In this document: positions 62,985 through 64,000 of the stretch, piece by piece
Numbering within the stretch: position 1 is the stretch's first letter
How the letters are laid out: the number at the start of each line of letters is the position of its first letter
NCBI GenBank assembly: GCA_963762145.1
Contig: CAVXJS010000019.1
Location: forward strand, 1-64,000
Length of the DNA: 64,000 bases
Direction: 5' to 3'
Origin: an uncultured Candidatus Rokubacteria bacterium
GTDB lineage: Bacteria > Methylomirabilota > Methylomirabilia > Rokubacteriales > CSP1-6
Program-made: the position numbers and the translations under genes
The notes under the pieces: model-generated
The model's database searches: none
What the model was told of the DNA's origin: nothing
What the model saw: the letters and a program-made list of their open reading frames with translations, nothing else

Positions 62985-63203
62985 ATGCTGCTCAAGCACG
63001 GCAAGTACCAGGCGGCGGTCGAGCTGTTCCAGCGGGAGGTGGCCGCGCGGCCCGACGACGCGGGCGCGCACAACAACCTGGGCGCGGGGCTGCTGCTGCG
63101 GGGCGACGTGGCGGCCGCCATCGAGGAGTTCGAGCGGGCGCTGCGCCTCAACCCGGGCCACGAGCAGGCGCGCCGGAACCTGGCCAAGGCGCGGGAACGG
63201 TGA
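62985..63203 (+). CDS. Short TPR protein or fragment
   Basis: AHNNLG..AIEEFERALRLNP..ARRNL. Confidence 0.65.
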   Translation: MLLKHGKYQAAVELFQREVAARPDDAGAHNNLGAGLLLRGDVAAAIEEFERALRLNPGHEQARRNLAKARER

Positions 63204-63898
63204 AGACGCTCTCGATCGTGATCCCGGTGTTCAACGAGGCCCGGACCATCGCCCGGTGCTGGACCGGGTGCGCGCGGCCTCCACGCCCGGGTTCGAGAAG
63301 GAGCTGGTGGTGGTGGACGACGGCTCCACCGATGGCACCCGCGCCTATCTCGCCGGGGTCCGGGAGCCGGGCACGCACTGCATCTTCCACGAGCGGAACC
63401 AGGGCAAGGGCGCCGCCCTCCGCACCGGGTTCGCCCACGCCTCGGGCGACGTGGTGATGGTGCAGGACGCCGACCTCGAGTACGATCCCGCCGACTATCC
63501 GCTGCTGCTCCGGCCGATCCTGGACGGCAAGGCCGACGTGGTCCTGAGGCTCGCGCTTCCTCGCCGGCCAGGCCCACCGGGTGCTCTACTTCTGGCACTC
63601 GATGGGCAACCGCGTGCTCACGCTGTGCTCCAACGGGTGCACGAATCTCAACCTCACCGACATGGAGAGCGGCTACAAGCTCTTCACCCGCGAGGTGCTG
63701 CGGCAGGTGACCATCCGGGAGGACCGCTTCGGCTTCGAGCCGGAGATCGTGGCCAAGGTGGACCGGCTCCGATGCCGCGTCTACGAGGTCGGGGTGTCCT
63801 ACGCGGGGCGCACCTACGAGGACGGCAAGAAGGTCACCTGGCGCGACGGCGCGCGCGCTGTGGTGCATCGTCAAGTACTCCTGGCTCACGCGCGATTG
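63200..63898 (+). CDS. GT2 glycosyltransferase (DPM1-like), frameshifted
   Basis: SIVIPVFNE; VDDGSTDGT; NQGKG; QDADLEYDP; FGFEPEI. Confidence 0.85.
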
Positions 63899-64000
63899 AC
63901 CGGCGGCTCCCGCCGCCGAATCCCGCCGCTTGACGGGGTTTCCCCGCCGGGGCAGTATCCCCCAACGACACGGAGGTCGCGGGGCCTGGCCAAGGGGGCC

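Noticed and set aside
63541-63560. TGA in the GT2 gene as a second Sec codon
   Set aside because: It falls in the conserved VVYGSRF region at a frame disruption, with no Cys-type motif; probably a read error.

Overview
High-GC bacterial DNA. The gene content (expanded Tat-type ABC_sub_bind proteins, a zinc ribbon-cyclase-AAA-TPR protein, many orphan peptide SBPs) resembles Ca. Rokubacteria/Methylomirabilota; this is inference only. Many genes are broken by 1-bp indels, which probably reflects long-read errors. Positions ~1-24.4 kb look accessory: a possible tRNA 3' end with a large inverted repeat, five ABC_sub_bind paralogs in two oppositely oriented tandem arrays, many small ORFs, a duplicated structured 74-bp element and a polyproline microprotein. 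The rest is metabolic, transport and regulatory. Two strongest signals: (1) an ileS with a non-canonical GIHH motif preceded by an apparent Ile leader-peptide attenuator (16-aa leader, antiterminator, terminator); (2) a hidden selenoprotein, in which an in-frame UGA (U-G-T-C) with a GGUC-loop SECIS-like hairpin joins two ORFs, upstream of GatC-like, amidase, DUF4387-like and AtuA-like genes. No rRNA, complete tRNA, CRISPR array, transposase or integrase was recognised. Family assignments come from motif recognition, not database searches.
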